Source: a plasmid
Reading direction: 5' to 3' (one strand)
Sequence record: NZ_CP088995.1
Length of the DNA: 64,000 nucleotides
Shown here: piece by piece, positions 63,230 through 64,000 of the stretch
How positions within the stretch are numbered: the stretch's first letter is position 1
Layout of the letters: each line of letters starts with the position of its first letter
Position numbers and translations under genes: made by a program
Notes under the pieces: generated by a model
Databases searched by the model: none
What the model saw: the letters and a program-made list of their open reading frames with translations, nothing else
Told to the model about the DNA's origin: nothing

Positions 63230-63790
63230 AAAGCACACCCACACTGGACACCTTCGGCTCCTGGCCAGCTGCGCTGTCCAGTCGTCGAGCCACACTCCGC
63301 CAGGGCAGCTGCTTCGCACCCGCCGGGCTCCGCCGAACCCGCAAGCGGTTTCGGGCCTGACGGCTAGTGTCTGATGTCTGAGGTCAGGGTCAACGGCAGC
63401 GCTTGCTGCGACCGTTCCGGCCGCGCCGCTTTCACCGTGCCGGCGATAAAGCTGCCGGCACTCTGCAGGGCAACGCCGTTTCGCGCCCGCGCTCTTCGTC
63501 GTTGCGGCGGATGCCTGCTCCTTTCCCCTGGCGCCGTATCACCCGTTTGAGTCCATTCGCCGGGGCTGAGACAAGCACAGTCGCCATCATCCGTCCAGGG
63601 TAAATGGCACGCGGTAAACCGCGCCCTGGACAGCTGCTGTCGCCCGTGCTCGTTTACGCCCTCGCGGCGAACGGCTCTCAAACGGGTGAAGGTTTTATCC
63701 AGGGGGCAGGTTCAGCAGGTCCCCGCACAAAGTCAAAACCGCGGCCCCGGCAACTCAACGGGTGATGGTTTTAAAAGGCAGAAAAACAGA
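63230..63790 (+). repeat. Frpo/ssi-like leading-region repeat, copy C (more diverged, internal deletions)
   Basis: shares 5' (AAGCACACCCACACTGGACACCTTCGGCTCCTGG) and 3' (CTCAAACGGGTGAAGGTT...CAACTCAACGGGTGATGGTTTTAAAAGGCA) blocks with copy B. Confidence 0.65.
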
Positions 63791-63806
63791 CAAAGGAGAA
63801 AGCTGG

Positions 63807-64000
63807 ATGAGCACACAAAACGTCAACGTAAAACCCTCCACCAAAGAAAGCACAACCCTCCGGACTGACGGTTTTGTGCGCAACATTCATTCCCGAAACC
63901 CGTTCGATGTTATCCGCGCCGATGTAGTGCTGGAACGTATCGAGAAAGAGGCTGGTTGGTGCTGCGGGATGCATTACGAGCTGTATCAGGCCCATCTGCT
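63807..64000 (+). CDS. 5' part of a gene running out of the window (MSTQNVNVKPSTKE...)
   Basis: ATG 16 bp after repeat copy C with AAGGAGA RBS. Confidence 0.45.
   Translation, partial: MSTQNVNVKPSTKESTTLRTDGFVRNIHSRNPFDVIRADVVLERIEKEAGWCCGMHYELYQAHL

Overview
This window is an F-like Klebsiella-type conjugative plasmid. It starts in a traI C-terminus that is cut by IS26. Roughly 1.1-27.3 kb is an IS-mosaic multiresistance region, and roughly 27.4-64 kb is maintenance and leading-region backbone.

Resistance region (1.1-27.3 kb):
- Three complete IS26 copies and one 133-bp IS26 remnant.
- An Aer-like PAS gene fragment trapped between two IS26 copies.
- A K. pneumoniae chromosomal fragment (5' ygbL fragment, ygbK, ygbJ, ygbI/deoR) carrying blaSHV-12, with the IS26 remnant sitting in the upstream promoter position.
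- A 3.95-kb Tn1721/Tn1722-family element (IR-tnpA-tnpR-res-IR) without mcp.
- A Tn4401-independent blaKPC-2 core platform: truncated repB, repeats, orf, klcA, korC-like, truncated ISKpn6, blaKPC-2, blaTEM remnants, ISKpn27 with a 6-bp duplication, truncated Tn3 tnpR.
- A Tn21-type mercury module (truncated tniA, IRt, urf2, merEDACPTR), with an IS5075-like element inserted into IRmer.
- An IS903 fragment and an IS1.

Backbone (27.4-64 kb):
- An OLD-family ATPase/TOPRIM gene overlapping a compact UvrD-like helicase gene (a Gabija-like pair), next to vapBC.
- An uncharacterised five-gene operon led by an RHH+HTH protein.
- resD.
- A P1/RepFIB-like replicon: DnaA boxes and iterons, rep, an 18 x 36-bp iteron array, parA, parB and a P1-type parS.
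- umuDC, with a group II intron inserted 2 bp from its SOS box.
- stbAB (parMR-like).
- A leading-region island: two orphan adenine methyltransferases, ArdA, an ArdB/KlcA-family protein, ssb, a ParB-like nuclease, psiB, psiA, hok, and three copies of a ~570-bp Frpo/ssi-like structured repeat, each immediately upstream of a gene.

Several accessory genes (Tn1721 tnpA, ygbJ, ygbK, ygbL, the IS5075 transposase) read as frameshifted. This may be genuine decay or indel errors in the assembly.
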